Below are positions 14,335 through 27,849 of a stretch of 64,000 nt of DNA, one piece after another. The position numbers and the translations under genes were made by a program. Origin of the DNA: Tubiluchus corallicola (Eukaryota; Animalia; Priapulida); the NCBI GenBank assembly GCA_030141605.1, contig JAQGDQ010000126.1, positions 372,001 to 436,000 of the forward strand. The letters are read 5' to 3'. Under the pieces are notes generated by a model, which saw only the letters and a list, made by a program, of their open reading frames with translations, had not been told where the DNA came from and searched no databases. Within the stretch, counting starts at the first letter, position 1. Each line of letters begins with the position of its first letter.

Positions 14335-14560
14335 TTTTTCTTAAACACGTAAAATTTAGTGCAACAACACAAATCAAGCGAGAGTTTGTTCCATTCTCTT
14401 GGGCCAGCTACTGAAGATTTGTCTGCGAAAGTTTTACAACGATTAAAGGCTACATCTAGAGTGATGCCCTGGTCAGCTTAAGTACTGGAACGTGTCAACT
14501 GAGAAAGCTTTACATTTAGAAGATTAGATAAATAACCTGCTGTTTTTTCAAGACAATTTG
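14335..14560 (-). mobile_element. L2/CR1-like LINE ORF2 C-terminal fragment
   Basis: The - strand gives RCKTFADKSSVAGPREWNKL...FKKKL, resembling the 'R.F...GP..WN.LP...FK..LK' terminus. Confidence 0.5.
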
Positions 14561-15184
14561 GTTTTAAATTTCATTAACTGTGTGGGGTTTGTACCATGTA
14601 GATGTTGCTGGTTTTCTTATGAAAATTGCTCACTCGTCATCGAAGAAGCATCAACAAATTCAGCCTGCCACTTAAAGCTTAATCACACCGCGCAGTTTTT
14701 CCACAAGTTTCCTATAACATTTTTGTACAGCTCTTCTGATGTCTATATTGCTGAAAGTAAAACAGCAGATTTCATGAGTTATGGCAGCGCATTATATTGG
14801 CAGGTTTAACTATGTTGAGAAAACGCCGCATATTCTCAAGAGTCTCTGGAATACATGCGACGCACGTAACAAGCAGAGGCTAGAATTGCGCGTCAAAGCA
14901 AATAGGTAGAGTGGCGGTTTTGCAACGCGGCTTGCATTGGAAATACGCAAAGCAAATTGAGTTTCGCTTAGATTTGATGTAATAATTAGTCAAAGTGTTG
15001 TTGCTGCAGAGTTAAGTTCATTTTTGTAAGAGCACGTACTCTTGCCAAAAGTTGCTGTTGTAAAATCAAACAAATGTCTCTCAGCATAGTAACGTGACTA
15101 CAAGGTTTTGCCTAGTACTAAAATATTGACTTACAAATAAAATAAGTAACATAATGATTAACTTGCTGTAAGTTAAAATAAAAG

Positions 15185-15380
15185 AACTGCCAGTTAAAAA
15201 GACCACCGGCCAAAGGGCCACTACAGACAAAGGATCGCCGGTCAAAAAATCACCAAAAGTCCATTGGTTAAAGATTCTCCTGCGAGACAAACGACTAAAG
15301 GAAAGCAAAACTGCCAGACCACACAAAGGAATCGACAACTATTAAATTTTCAGATATTTTGTTTTTTTGCTAAGATAATT
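15185..15380 (+). repeat. Dispersed repeat with ~15-bp subrepeats (accactrgwcaaagg); relatives at 24460-24550, 36320-36520 and inverted at 38020-38255
   Basis: Shared subrepeat, and a downstream aactattaaatttt(c/g)agata shared with the 36480 copy. Confidence 0.65.
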
Positions 15381-15383
15381 GTA

Positions 15384-15620
<237 letters not shown>

Positions 15621-15774
15621 CGCTATTTCGCTTCGATCTAATTTTTCAATTCTGTCAAAACGTTGTTCTTCTTTTCTCAACTTTCTTATACTTCTTTTTC
15701 TTGATACACTGTACTATTATAAGCAAATAACAGAATCAGAATTGAATTTATCAAACACAGCACTGCAACTTTCT

Positions 15775-16670
15775 TTAAAGTAACTTCGCCCACCCAGAAC
15801 AAATAAAAAATTAACATTCAAACAGTTTTTTAGTTCCCTTTTTGTCTAAACTATTTTGAACGGTGTAGCTCACTAAATAAAGCAGGGCTTCATAGTTGTG
15901 TTGAGGAAGAGTACACATGTTTCTGATTGTTGATTTTACTAGGAATTGGCGGATGGGCACATATATATATATAAACCGCGCACATGTAAATGCATTTTAT
16001 ACAAGAAAATCCTCCACTTACATCAAGCTTAAAAATTCGTCTCGAAATTTTATGCCACTTACGTACTACCCTTTCGTATGCATGGCTTGCATCGGCCGTA
16101 ACGCTGTATAAAATGTGTAAATTTAAATTCCCGCGATGACCGTTAGGCGCAGCCATTTTAATGGTAGGTCGTTTGATACAAGTTTTGATAACATTAAGTA
16201 AAGTTTGAAAAAATAATCAGAGCATTCGTAGCATGAATGTTGCTAATTAAGTAAAATTTTGAATTACTGTATTTTGTCAATAAGATTAAAAATACGTTTT
16301 TGGTTAGTGAGTGGCGCACAGTGGAGGGTGAGTCAGCGACATTTTACCAATTGGCACAAACATTTTGAATTATTAGTCTAGTTACATAAGTCTATCCAGT
16401 AGGTAAGTGAAATGCTAAGTAATATAGATTTGCACGGTAAGTTTTTGGGTCATAATTTAACATTGCCTTTTCTTCCCCTGATTGACGTGGTGTAGTGACG
16501 TCATGTAACGGCGCCATCGGAACAGTATTGCGGGAAATTTAAAATGAAAACAAATGAAAATTCCTTTCAACGCGAATACGATATGTGCATAAAATTGCTG
16601 TAAAGTAGTAGAATTTTTTAAGGCGATTTTTCTGAAACCTACTTCATGTGCCCCTTATCTTGTCCTTTAA
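15775..16670. mobile_element. Possible Kolobok-like non-autonomous DNA element
   Basis: Ends read ttaaag ... cctttaa. Internal inverted motif tttaaattcccgcg (about 16123) and gcgggaaatttaaa (about 16530). Confidence 0.35.
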
Positions 16671-17479
16671 GCTATTTGTCGAAAATGAGAATGCGAAAAT
16701 TGAAGCACTTTTATGTGTTTTAGGTTAAAGAGCTCAAACAGTATTTATAAAATCTTTTAATATTGTTATTTGCCAATAATACTGATGCTTTTTGAACATA
16801 TTTTTGGAGTACAAATGTCTCACAATTTAAAATCTTTAAGGAAAAGTTGCTTTTATTAAGTGGGCTTGTCGCTGGCTTTTCATACCTGTGACATTTCAAA
16901 CCACCTAATTAGAATTAGGATAATGAGAAACTAACCAGGACTGAGATGCCAAAACGCCTTAAGGCGTTTCATTTAGATTAATGACATATAACAAAATAAT
17001 GAGGCAGCTCTCCTGAGACTTGTCATCTTTAACATAAAAGGGTTGAATGCCATTTATGATCTCGCAATGATTATTTATTTATTTCAGGAGCCTTCGCCCT
17101 GGCAAAAGGCCAAACTGCCCGTGCTCGTTTTGTAAGTCTGATGAATACTTTCAGGGTGATTGTAATAAGATACTCACTGCTAGCCACGCAGAGAACATTT
17201 ATCTGACCGCTGCTTTAAGAGTTTAAAGCGTGGCTATGGGTTCAAAGCATGCAATGCTTATGTAGTCACGCAATGCTCACAAGTAACAACTTTTGTAAAG
17301 TAAGTGATCGCCATAGCTCATTTTGTTACCAGCAATTTCCTGATGTCTGTGCTATACTGTATGCCGCTGAATCAGCGCTAGTTTGTGACACGCTAAAATT
17401 AAACCAGAATCAAACAATGTATATAAACAAACTGTTATGTAAGCAGCTGTAACACAAAAGTTTCTAACACAAACAATGG

Positions 17480-17720
17480 GCCAAAAATGGAGGCCAAAAT
17501 TTTGTTTGACGGTGGATCTCAAAGCTCGTTTATTACTTAAAATGTTTGCAGAAATGGGTGATGAAAATTCATTTGAAGTCATAACCTTTGGTGCTGCTCA
17601 GTCATCAACAGTGAAGTATCGTTCTGTTCTTATTCCGGTGTGGACTATCTCTGGTAAGCCCGTTGAAATAGATGTCAACAGGTCAAACGTGCAGCTTTGC
17701 CGGAATCACTAGTCCAGCAC
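17480..17720 (+). mobile_element. BEL/Pao LTR-retrotransposon aspartic protease fragment
   Basis: From 17487: MEAKILFDGGSQSSFIT, then a frameshift into EVITFGAAQSSTVKYRSV (BEL/Pao-type LFDxGSQxSFIT motif). Confidence 0.6.
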
Positions 17721-18084
17721 CTTCTAGATAACTATGCAGAGCACCTTGCTGATTCTTTGTGCACTATAAATGCAATCAGAGCCCCACGCGGATACTGCTT
17801 GGTTGAGATTACACCCTAGCCTTTTTTGCAGGTGAAAAAATTGAAATCCAACCATATTTCTACTTACAAGGCAGATTTTACTACATAAATAATGAGCCCA
17901 CGAACCAAATGTGTGGTTTGGCGATTACCAATCATCTACAAATCAAATAAGATAACAGGAAGCGCGGACAAAATAAACATTTTCTTGCATAATTAAAGAA
18001 AGTAAAAATGATAAGAATAATTTGACATACCTGAACAGATTGTGTTGCAAACCCGAGAGTGAGGTTTACAAAATTTGGCGGTTT

Positions 18085-18297
18085 CTAAAAACTTTTACAA
18101 ATTTCATTTATGTGCTTATTGAAGGTTACGATTTTGTCAAGCGATATGCCCAGAAACATAACGCGAGAAATAGCAGACGCTTTACATCCACCACCCACTA
18201 CAAAGTTAAATTCAAGTTTATTCAGCTGCAGTTGGGTACCAAGAAGAATCAATTCGGTTTTCTCATCGTTCATTTTTACCGGCTTTCCAGTATCCAT
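18085..18297 (-). mobile_element. L2/CR1-like RT-thumb fragment
   Basis: KMNDEKTELILLG...LGISLDKIVTFNKHINEICKS. Confidence 0.65.
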
Positions 18298-18687
18298 GAT
18301 TTAATGTCTGTCAAGCAATTTTGCATTGGAGTTACTGAATCAGCTTGAGCTAATAACTATTGCTACTAAATGATATCATTAATTGGTGGTCATCGGGAAA
18401 TGCTAAAACCTGTGTAAGATTCTATTGATAATTCTAGACAAAGAACCGGCCTGAGGTGTTAAACACAAAGGCCCAACACTCATCGCACATTAAAAACTGC
18501 GAGAATAAAAAAGTCACCACTATAACAAACATTATTGCATTAAATCTTATTGAGAACCTTTTCACAAGACTTCTTTTAACTAGAATTATTGTTAAATTAA
18601 TTTTATTTTGGAAGGCTGTTGGGGATAAACATTTTCATGGTAGTTTCGGAACAAAGCCATATTTTAAATATGGTATTTTTCTTTCAG

Positions 18688-19508
18688 GTAAACTTGTTCC
18701 TTTTCTGGAAAATGGAGTTGCAACAGGTTCAGTTCTAACGATTCTCGCCATCAGTTTTGAACGCTGCTATGCAATATGCAAACCTCTGAAAGCGCAATAC
18801 ACCTGTACGAAGGTGAGAACACTGAAGATCATTGCAGTGGTGTGGCTCATATCCGTCCTAATATGCATCCCATTCGTGCTTATAACTGAATACTTAGACG
18901 CAGAGTACGCAGACGGAAGTATAGTCCATGTCTGCTCGACAATCGTAGACCAAGTATGGGAAAGAGCATATTTTATCACGGCTTGGTGTCTATTCTTTCC
19001 AATTCCACTTACAACGTTACTAGTACTCTATTCGATGATAAGCAAGACACTGATGACCGATGATGCCATCGTTGGCGCAAAGAATGACCCTAGGTTTGAA
19101 CAGAATCAGAAAGCTCGCAAGCAAGTGGTTATGATGTTGTTTGCTGTTGTGATATTGTTTTTCATTTGCCTCCTTCCGTTTCGTGTTTTTAGTATGTGGA
19201 GTATTTACGCTATCAACGAGGACATTGTCGCGTTGGGAATAGAGAGCTATTATAATATCGTTTACTTTGTTAGAGTCATGTTTTATTTAAACTCTGCGGT
19301 AAATCCAATCATTTACAACGTGATGTCGTCAAAATTCCGAAAGGCGTTCATCAAGGCACTGGGATGCCGTAACAAAGAAGAGACTCCTCTCCATGTAGGT
19401 AATACTTCCTTGAGTTATCTTAGTCACGCGAACTGCGAAAGAGGCCCTTCTCGTATTTGTACCACCTACAATTGCAATAAGGGCGTCACAAAAACAAGTA
19501 TAATGTAG
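18688..19508 (+). CDS. ETHR: Terminal coding exon (TM3-TM7 and C-tail) of a rhodopsin-family neuropeptide GPCR, ecdysis-triggering hormone receptor-like; upstream exon(s) not found in window
   Basis: Acceptor ttttctttcAG ends at 18687. Phase-1 entry gives (C)KLVPFLENGVATGSVLTILAISFERCYAICKPLKAQYTCTK, then TM6 ARKQVVMMLFAVVILFFICLLPFRVF and TM7 YLNSAVNPIIYNVMSSKF, with stop TAG at 19506-19508. These match ETHR-family motifs as I recall them. The first 77 aa of the track ORF (18456-18687) look like intron. Confidence 0.88.
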
Positions 19509-21289
19509 AAGAAACTGGCTGGAGGCTATTTGTGGGCAAGTTTCCGACTACAGACCTAAACCAGAAGATAAGATTTAAAGTTAACAAAATTAAAAATGAT
19601 CTCAGGCATTAACAGACCTAGTGCGCCTAATGCTGGAGAAACACACAAACTTGCAAATTACGTACCTCTGAGTTCTGTATATTGGCATCTTCTGGGAACG
19701 TGCTGTCCCCCTTATACCAGACTTATATTAGTTATGCTGGTATATGGTTTTGTTCGTACTTGTCCAGACACGTATTATGTTAAATACACATTTTATATAC
19801 ACAGTAGACGTATGATTTCCGCGGATACGTTAAAAGCGGAGGTACCATTAAATTTTTAACGATTCCTATTTTGCAAAATTTTGAAAATGTCGTCCCCCGA
19901 AAAATTCACTTTTGCAATTATCATTTCCGCATTTCAGAAAGAGAAACCAGAGCGAAATGAGCTTTATGGAGTGTTGATGTTGTTATATCTTAAAGACCCT
20001 CACTAAATAAAACGAGAACGGTGGAAATTGATATTCCAATTTTGTGATGTTCCACCAAAACTATTTAAAATAGGCCAAGGTTAATTGTTTACTTTGTTTA
20101 ACGTGCTCTGAAGTGCCTTTGTATAGGTCGGACACAAGGTCGGTAAATACATTTTAATAGTCCTACTTAACTAATAGTATTGAATAAATTCTAGACCTTT
20201 TATTTTTCTTTCCAAATGGACGCCTTGAATTTTTTTTGCACAACCATTGTATCACTGTTTTGATCACATTCAGTTATGGCCGAGATTGTTTTGTTATCTA
20301 TAATAAAATTGCATCTCCTAAAAGTCACATCTCTGGTACAGCTTTCATGCCTTCAACTCTTATTCATTAATCTGACGTTCATCGTCATGCTACCTAATCA
20401 CCGGTTATTCACCACTAATGTTAATTATTGTCGATAACACGCGCACCATTCACATAGTGTTATACTGACTTGCTTGCGCACATTCCGCCTTGCTTTTTCA
20501 GGACTAATTCTTTACTATCATTACTCCATGATTAGTTAAGGAACATGTGAGTGTATCGTGTTATTTAAACATATTTAAAAGATTAATTTTCGGTATGCCT
20601 GCACGTGCAAAATTGCAGTTCTGGATGTTGTTTGCTTTAATAAAAACAGTTTGGTTACACGTGAGTACATTGTTATACAAGTTTTGTATGTATTTTACAC
20701 GGGTTACATTGATCTCTGCCCACCAGAAAGAACTTTTTTGAACTTACTGAAACGGTTGCTATCAGAGTTTTCCTGATATGTTTCTTTTCTTCTGGCCTTT
20801 CTTCAGTTTCGTGGACATTAGACAAAATGATGAGCTTAGAAACTAAATGGAAATGATTTTAAAAAGTTCGATTAAGACAAAAATCATACGAAAAACTTCT
20901 AGTTTCCATAAAACCTTTTTGAAAGAATAACAATAATAATAACAATAGACAGCTAATTACTAGCTAACACTACTAAGCACGGTAATCAGTGATAAAAGAA
21001 CAAAACATTTTGTAAGAATTTTTCATTCTCCTTTGATATTAGCTGACGTACTCAAATCGGTGCGCGGTAAAAATGGCACAGGTAAAATGACACAGGAAAA
21101 AATGTCCCAATTACAATCCCAAACGCCTATCCTGAACCACTAATTCCCATCGGAATCTCGAGCCCGTCACGAACCTTGAACGCACTAGTTAATGGTTTAT
21201 TTTCAAACATTTACAAAAAATTTCGTGGCTGAATTTCGTGTTGTTTATTAATATTGGGGTTTAACGATTACTGAAGAAAAGGAGTTTGA

Positions 21290-21700
21290 CACATTTCATA
21301 GAAGTCTCCTTAGGAAAGTTTTAAGGATAAGATGGCCATACATAGTCAAAAATGAAGATTTATACACCAGAGCAAAAGAAATTTCTTGGAGTTCAAAAGT
21401 CAATATCCGAATATTAAGATTGCTAGCACATCGTTTAAGATTACCAAATGAAGCACCAGTAAGAATCGCCTTAAAGGAAGCCTTAAACGTTGCAAAAAAC
21501 CACCTGGTAAACCTGAAACAACTAGGATAGCTGAAATAAATAAAGATGTTCAACAACTTCAACCGAATTTATCTTTAGGAGTAGAAGAACTTGCGCTGTT
21601 AGCTGCTGATAGAAGAGGGTGGAATACTCTGATCAATGTTGATATCTCAATGCCTACAACAGGTGGAATGAGATTTCGAAGAAGAAGAAGAAGAAGAAGA
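21290..21700 (+). mobile_element. RTE-clade LINE 3' end with (GAA)n tail
   Basis: LRKVLRIRWPYIVKNEDLY...LLAHRLRLPNEAPVRIAL, then ADRRGWN; (GAA)n tail at 21678-21700. Confidence 0.75.
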
Positions 21701-21705
21701 TTAAT

Positions 21706-22480
21706 ATTATGACAGTTATAAATAATTGGTAACCCACTATTTGAATAGGTACACCTTGAATACCATCTCTATTTAGCGCCCGTGCGCTGCTATTAAGTGT
21801 ACACTGTTGGGTCTAAGAAGTCTTCAATCGTTAATAAAAAAAAACCAGCTAAACTGAAAGTCACAGACACAGGAAAATGGAGCAAGTAGAAAAGTAGGTA
21901 AAAATGGCACATATGTTATTTTGATGCAATTGTTTTCTGTAGTAAAACTAGAATGCGCTTAGTCGGAAGCAGATTTCTGCCAAAGCCAAACAATCCTAAA
22001 TTTATTCGTCTGATTTTCTTTATAAAAAAATTAACATACGCCTAGCGAACGTACAAAAATGTACCTGTCTTGGTATTAGTCTCGTATAGACTAGCAAAAG
22101 TCTCAAAATAGTTATTCATTAAATAGATTTATAATCAATAATGCACGAATGTTCCACATAGTTTTTATCCACCTTTTTAACCATTAATTTTGACAATAAT
22201 AATAACTGACTAACTAATATATGCATACTTATAATATACTGTAGGTCACCTTATAGGGATATACACATTTATAACCAAAGGTTATAGACAGCATTACACA
22301 GTTTTACAAGCAATAATTTCTCGAAGTGGAACTGGAACTAACTCGTGGTTGTTTGTCCAGGTGTAGATAACAAAAAAGAGTACTAAACATTCCCTCTGAG
22401 ACCTCCACGAAGTACTTCACGAATGTTTTTTGTACGTGGTGTTCGGTTAAGTTTTGCAAAAAAAGAACCGGCGAAAGGAT
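21706..22480 (+). repeat. Dispersed composite repeat, homologous to 59085-59414 plus 60387-60780
   Basis: Colinear similarity over ~750 bp, e.g. gggtctaagaag.cttcaatcgttaa, aaaactagaatgcgct.agt.ggaagca and cacatagtttttatccacctttttaaccattaatt. Confidence 0.85.
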
Positions 22481-24904
22481 GCCCATTTTGGCACCCAATA
22501 CCCGCCTTTTCTCAGCAGTTAACCCCATTCCCCACAGCCGAACCAGATCCCCAAAATTGAATTTTTCTTGTGAACATTACGATAAAGTATAATGGTACTA
22601 GTGTGTTAGGTTTGTTATAGTGTGCTATATTAAGTGTAGTCAATTACCTATGTACAGTATGTGTTGATTGAATTTGAAATTGAATTTATCACCCCATTGT
22701 ACTTCCAGAGTCTTTAGGAGCAATCACGTTTCTGCACTTTCTGCTACTTTTGACTAAATTTTCAATCAGCCTTCGTCAGAAAGTTTATGAAATTTTTTTA
22801 AAACTTCCTTTTACACGTACAGGTCCATTTCACTAGTTTTATCATTTTCACAATCATAACTCTGGTATGGTTGCAAATACTTCATTACAGATTCATTTAC
22901 TGTTCAGTGTCGCCACTCACCTGCTTTTTTACTTTTCGTTTCTTGTATCCCGCTCCTGAAAACTTCTGTTTTATAGGTTTATCTGCCATAATTATTTAAA
23001 TGCTATTGTAATAAACTTTCTTGATTAGGGGACGGATTCTAAAGATCATTATTATAAGCACTTACACAATTCTGCTACTCTATGTATATAGCAGAAAATG
23101 CGGGCAAAAACAGAGCCACTACACCCGCACGGCACAGAATTTCTCTGCGTGCCTTATACCGAAAAAAATTCAAGCAATTGCGCGCCTTTGTAAATCATAG
23201 TTTTCAGTGCTTGTCACTTCCATTACGTTCGCACAGAAAGCCAGGTTCACCCACAAATCCTCCTTTTAATTGCCAAGCCTTTTTCTCCAGACGCAAAAGT
23301 TCGTTTCTTCCCTCTGTTAGAAAATTGCCCTTTACACAGTCACAAAGATTTCACAAGACAGATGCGGCTCAAATTAGCATTTAAAGTCAATGATGAATGA
23401 AAAGTATTTAGATATTGATATTAATTTTACTTTTTTCAACGTTTCTGTAAATTTGGTTCATATTTTGCGAGTTTTTATTCCACGCATTTTGTCAAATTTA
23501 TAGGATTATTGCACTTTCTCAAAATTAAACTGCGTGTAGACAAAGGAGAAAATAAATATGATAAGAAACAAACTATTATCAGCTGTGTGATATAAAACCT
23601 GCTTTTCGTTTCAACGAAGCAAAGTGAATATAACTATAACTATACGTTGTGCATAAGGTTGCTACATATGAACGTGCAAGGCGTAATAATGTTTGCGTGA
23701 AATGACGTAATCTTAGGAAACCAGATAAAATAATGTTTCGCTCCAGATGGACATTTGCTAGCATCGATGAATTATATATTTGACAGGGAGGTAACGGAAG
23801 TAGTTCGTTTCATTTAATTAAAGTGTTGTACACTTAAGCAGTTGCATATACACTATGTCATTATTTTACATTTAAATTGCTAAACTTGAAAATTATAGAA
23901 TTATTTCTAGAATTTGGCGCCCTAGGCAAGTACCTAGTTTAAGTGCCTAATGGTAGAGTCGGCCCTGACCACCACTTGTCATAAACATCTAGCTGGGTTT
24001 TGCAAAATCAATATTTCGTCAAAAATTGTTTATATGTGTCAGTATTATTATCGTCTTTTCTTGCGACTGCATTAATTTATGTATAAACCATTATTGTCAG
24101 TGCTTCATATGAATTGCACACAAGCTGTGAAAAAATTACTTACGCGGTGCAATCTCCTTCCTAAAGTCGATTAATACTACATTAGGTAATAAAATTGTTA
24201 GCAAAAATCCTATACCATTACACATTTTAAAAAACTACGTAAAAATAACGAACTACTTTGCAACGTACAAGTGTCAAAAAAACGCTTGACTTAAAAATTG
24301 TCATAAGTAGATGTAAACGTGTTTTTCTATATTTGATAATTATATTCTTTCTGTTTTTCTCATTCTAAGGTTAAACGAAGTTCTTAAAAATGTATCATGG
24401 CACTAAGATGCAATTGCTTTGGGAAATTCCTGCTTGTAACTGTTGTAGGCGATTGAAGAACGACCAGACAAAGAATCGAAGAACCACTAGTCAAAGGACA
24501 ACTGATCAAAATGTAGCAAGGACAAAGGACCACCAGTCATAGAACCACCTTCCATTTTTAAAAGTGACCGAAGGATTCTGTCTGTACTACGAATGGCGAC
24601 AATATTTGATACTAAAATAAAATAAATGTTCTTTATTAAAATTTAAATGTTCTTTCTTCAGTTTTTCTTAGTTTCGTTTATTCCTTTTGGCTTCTTCAGG
24701 ATGCAATCGATTCTGACACTCTGTACAATATTGCCATTATTGCCTAGAAGTAAAAAAATGTATCGACATCTGAACATCGGACCAAATTACGTCAAGTGAA
24801 TGAAATAAACTAAAAAATTGTTCTTGAGCAAGGCAAATTAAACCCTCTTAAAAATGCTAAACAGCTGCAATAAAAACTCTAAATTTAAATTTAATAATAT
24901 ATAT

Positions 24905-25150
<246 letters not shown>

Positions 25151-25419
25151 ACGGGTACAACCATATACACGCATTTACACAAATTATACCAAGAGATAAT
25201 TGGTATAGGTCGACACAAAGAAAAACAGGCCTACACAAAAACGAAAAAAAGAAAGAAATTAGTAAGCATAAAACAAACAATTCATACTGTGGGCGTTTAA
25301 GAATTCTAAGGCCTATTTCACAATGAGGACGCAAGGGATTTCTGACAGAAAATCAGAAAATTTCAGAAAATTTCCGATTTTTTCTGGGAAGACAGGCAGG
25401 CAGGTAAGCGATAGATAGA

Positions 25420-25745
25420 CGTGTAGGTGGGTAGGTAGGAAGGTTGGTTGGTAGATAAGTAGGTAGGTACGTAGATAGGTAGGTAGGTAACTAGGTAGGT
25501 AGGTAGGCTAGGTAGGTAGGTAGGTAGGTAGGTAGGTAGGTAGGTAGGCAGGTAGGTAGGTAGGTAGATAGGTGGGTAGGTACGTACGTAGGTAGGTAGG
25601 TAGTTACTTGTAGGTAGGTAGGTAGGTAGGTAGGTAGGTAGGTAGGTAGGTAGGTAGGTAGGTAGGCAGGTAGGTAGGTAGGTAGATAGGTGGGTAGGTA
25701 CGTACGTAGGTAGGTAGGTAGTTACTTGTAGGTAGGTAGGTAGGC
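25420..25745. repeat. (TAGG)n tetranucleotide array with internal 118-bp duplication
   Basis: The interruption pattern ...tacgtacg...ttacttg recurs at 25604 and 25722. Confidence 0.92.
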
Positions 25746-27849
25746 ATGTTGGTTGATTGGTTGGCTCATTAAGTACACCACTGTAATAAAAAGCAGTTTT
25801 GTTAAAAATGATATGTTTTCTTGTGAAGAAGTGAATTTCTACAGATGCAACTATGCAATGTTCATAGCCGCAACGCTCATCTGCCTCAAGGTTATTATTA
25901 CGTTTCCTTTTTTGGATGACAAATAGCCCTAATTACATCATTGCAAACCCATTTCCCGGCCAATTACTAGCTCAAAGTGAGTGTAATGTCAGCAAATACC
26001 GATGAACTAATTTCATTGTGAAACCAGAATTCACATGCGAATATACTTGCGAACCTGTAGTTCATCAAACACGGCTGATCAAACATGTAAACATAAGTGG
26101 GCCCTAATGGAATCCTGGCCACTGGAGTCCCTTTCTGTCTGAAAAGTTTGCACGAAACTCTCTTCGTGTAATGGCTATAACGCTATTGTGTGTTTGTGTT
26201 GATGTTTTCATGGATATCATCAATATAATTATCAAGGTTATCTTTGCATAAATGTTTTAGCAACCACTTATTTTTGACTAACTTCTAACTTCGCGGAATA
26301 TTCGAAAAACATTTGAATTGGTGGCGTGCATAAACGCCACTAGTGTGCGCCACCAATGCATTGCCAAACCAACAGTATAGTTAGAAATCACTCAATTTGT
26401 AATAAGCCTGAATGTTCTTCTTCCTATTTCAATACCAACTGTAGTGCGGCAATAACGAACAAAGGCATTTTGAATTGGCATTTTTGTCTAGTAACTGCTA
26501 TAGATGTCAGAATTTAATATATTATACGAATCACACTGACAGCCGCTAGTTTATGTCGATCTCTTTAGCCAAAATCGACCGACAATGCGATTTTACAACT
26601 TGCCAACTTGATCAAAGTGCAAGTGGAGGCAACATCCCCAGTATGACTGCAATGACACAAGATAGTCGATTTGTAAACATAGCGTAGAGACATTTTCAAG
26701 CACGGTACATGCACCCGCTTTTTCAACAAAATTATGTTCTCATCCACTTATGCAAAAATCTCCCATCTAAGCCGATTACAAGTAAGTCAAGGTCAAGCAA
26801 GCGAGCATAAGACTAACCTAAAGGACAAGAAGCACCCATGTTTAGTCATCTTCGCGTTAAAGATGACAAAGGACAAACCATCTTGGCCTTAGTTAAAGAA
26901 TATTCAACATATTTCTAATGATGTGATGTTTTTAATATGAAGCAACCCACTGCAATTTTGTTCAAATACTGTTAGTATAATCCACATGTAGCAGAATATG
27001 ACAGGTCACTGATGAATATTTGATTGCCGTATGGTTGAACTTTGTGATAAGCGTTTGTCTTAAACCTTCTTAAAAGTGTTGGATATGTCAAGGTCTGTTA
27101 ACGTGGCCTCGGCTAGGTGCTTATCAGCCACGGAGCGAAAACCATGCTGGTCATCTTTAGCTAGATGGTCACTGTTGTCCAAGAAACACTGTGGTTATTT
27201 ATCAGTATGAATTTAAAAACCTTATTGATTATTGGCAGCAACTTAACCCGCTTGATTTCTCACCCTTGGTTTTTATGCTCAGATAACTGAAACGGAATTT
27301 ACAGGCAGACGGACAGCTGGTCAATCAGTTATGAAACACAAAGTCCTACTAACCTGAATTTTCATAGTTTCATCATCAGGGACGATTTACAAGCCATACA
27401 ATTACAATTACAATTACAAGTTACAAAATATGACATAAACAATGTAGTACATTACAATGGAAAAAAAAAGAAAAACTACACAGACAAAACCCCACACAAG
27501 GGGTGTAATCGTCAACACAATAAAACACAGTAATGATAATAATAATCATAATCATAATAGTAAACGGTATTTACAGTGGTTAAATATTTCAATTATATTA
27601 TATTATGTTAAGATATTTACAAAATTTAGTACACAACGAGTTTTAGAATTGCGATTACATCTCCCGCAAATTTATACTGTAGAACCTAGTATTATATTAA
27701 AATTACATGTTACAAAATGGTAACATACATTTAAAATGAAGCGTTAGAATTATTGTATATAATGGCGATCTTACACTATTAAATAGAATAACAGGTAAGC
27801 TCAATTTTGTAAATTTCGTTTTATAAAACACTCAGTAATATATCTTGAC

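Noticed and set aside
16920-16985. Palindrome aaacgccttaaggcgttt as a possible hammerhead stem III
   Set aside because: No convincing CTGANGA box or stem II on either strand.
18456-18687. N-terminal 77 aa of the 350-aa GPCR ORF
   Set aside because: Starts at GTG, lacks TM1/TM2 motifs and ends in a strong splice acceptor; it is open intron sequence.
26540-27385. Possible second Penelope remnant on -, with ctgatga...gaaa at ~27350-27380
   Set aside because: Peptide similarity is faint and stem II does not pair; insufficient support.
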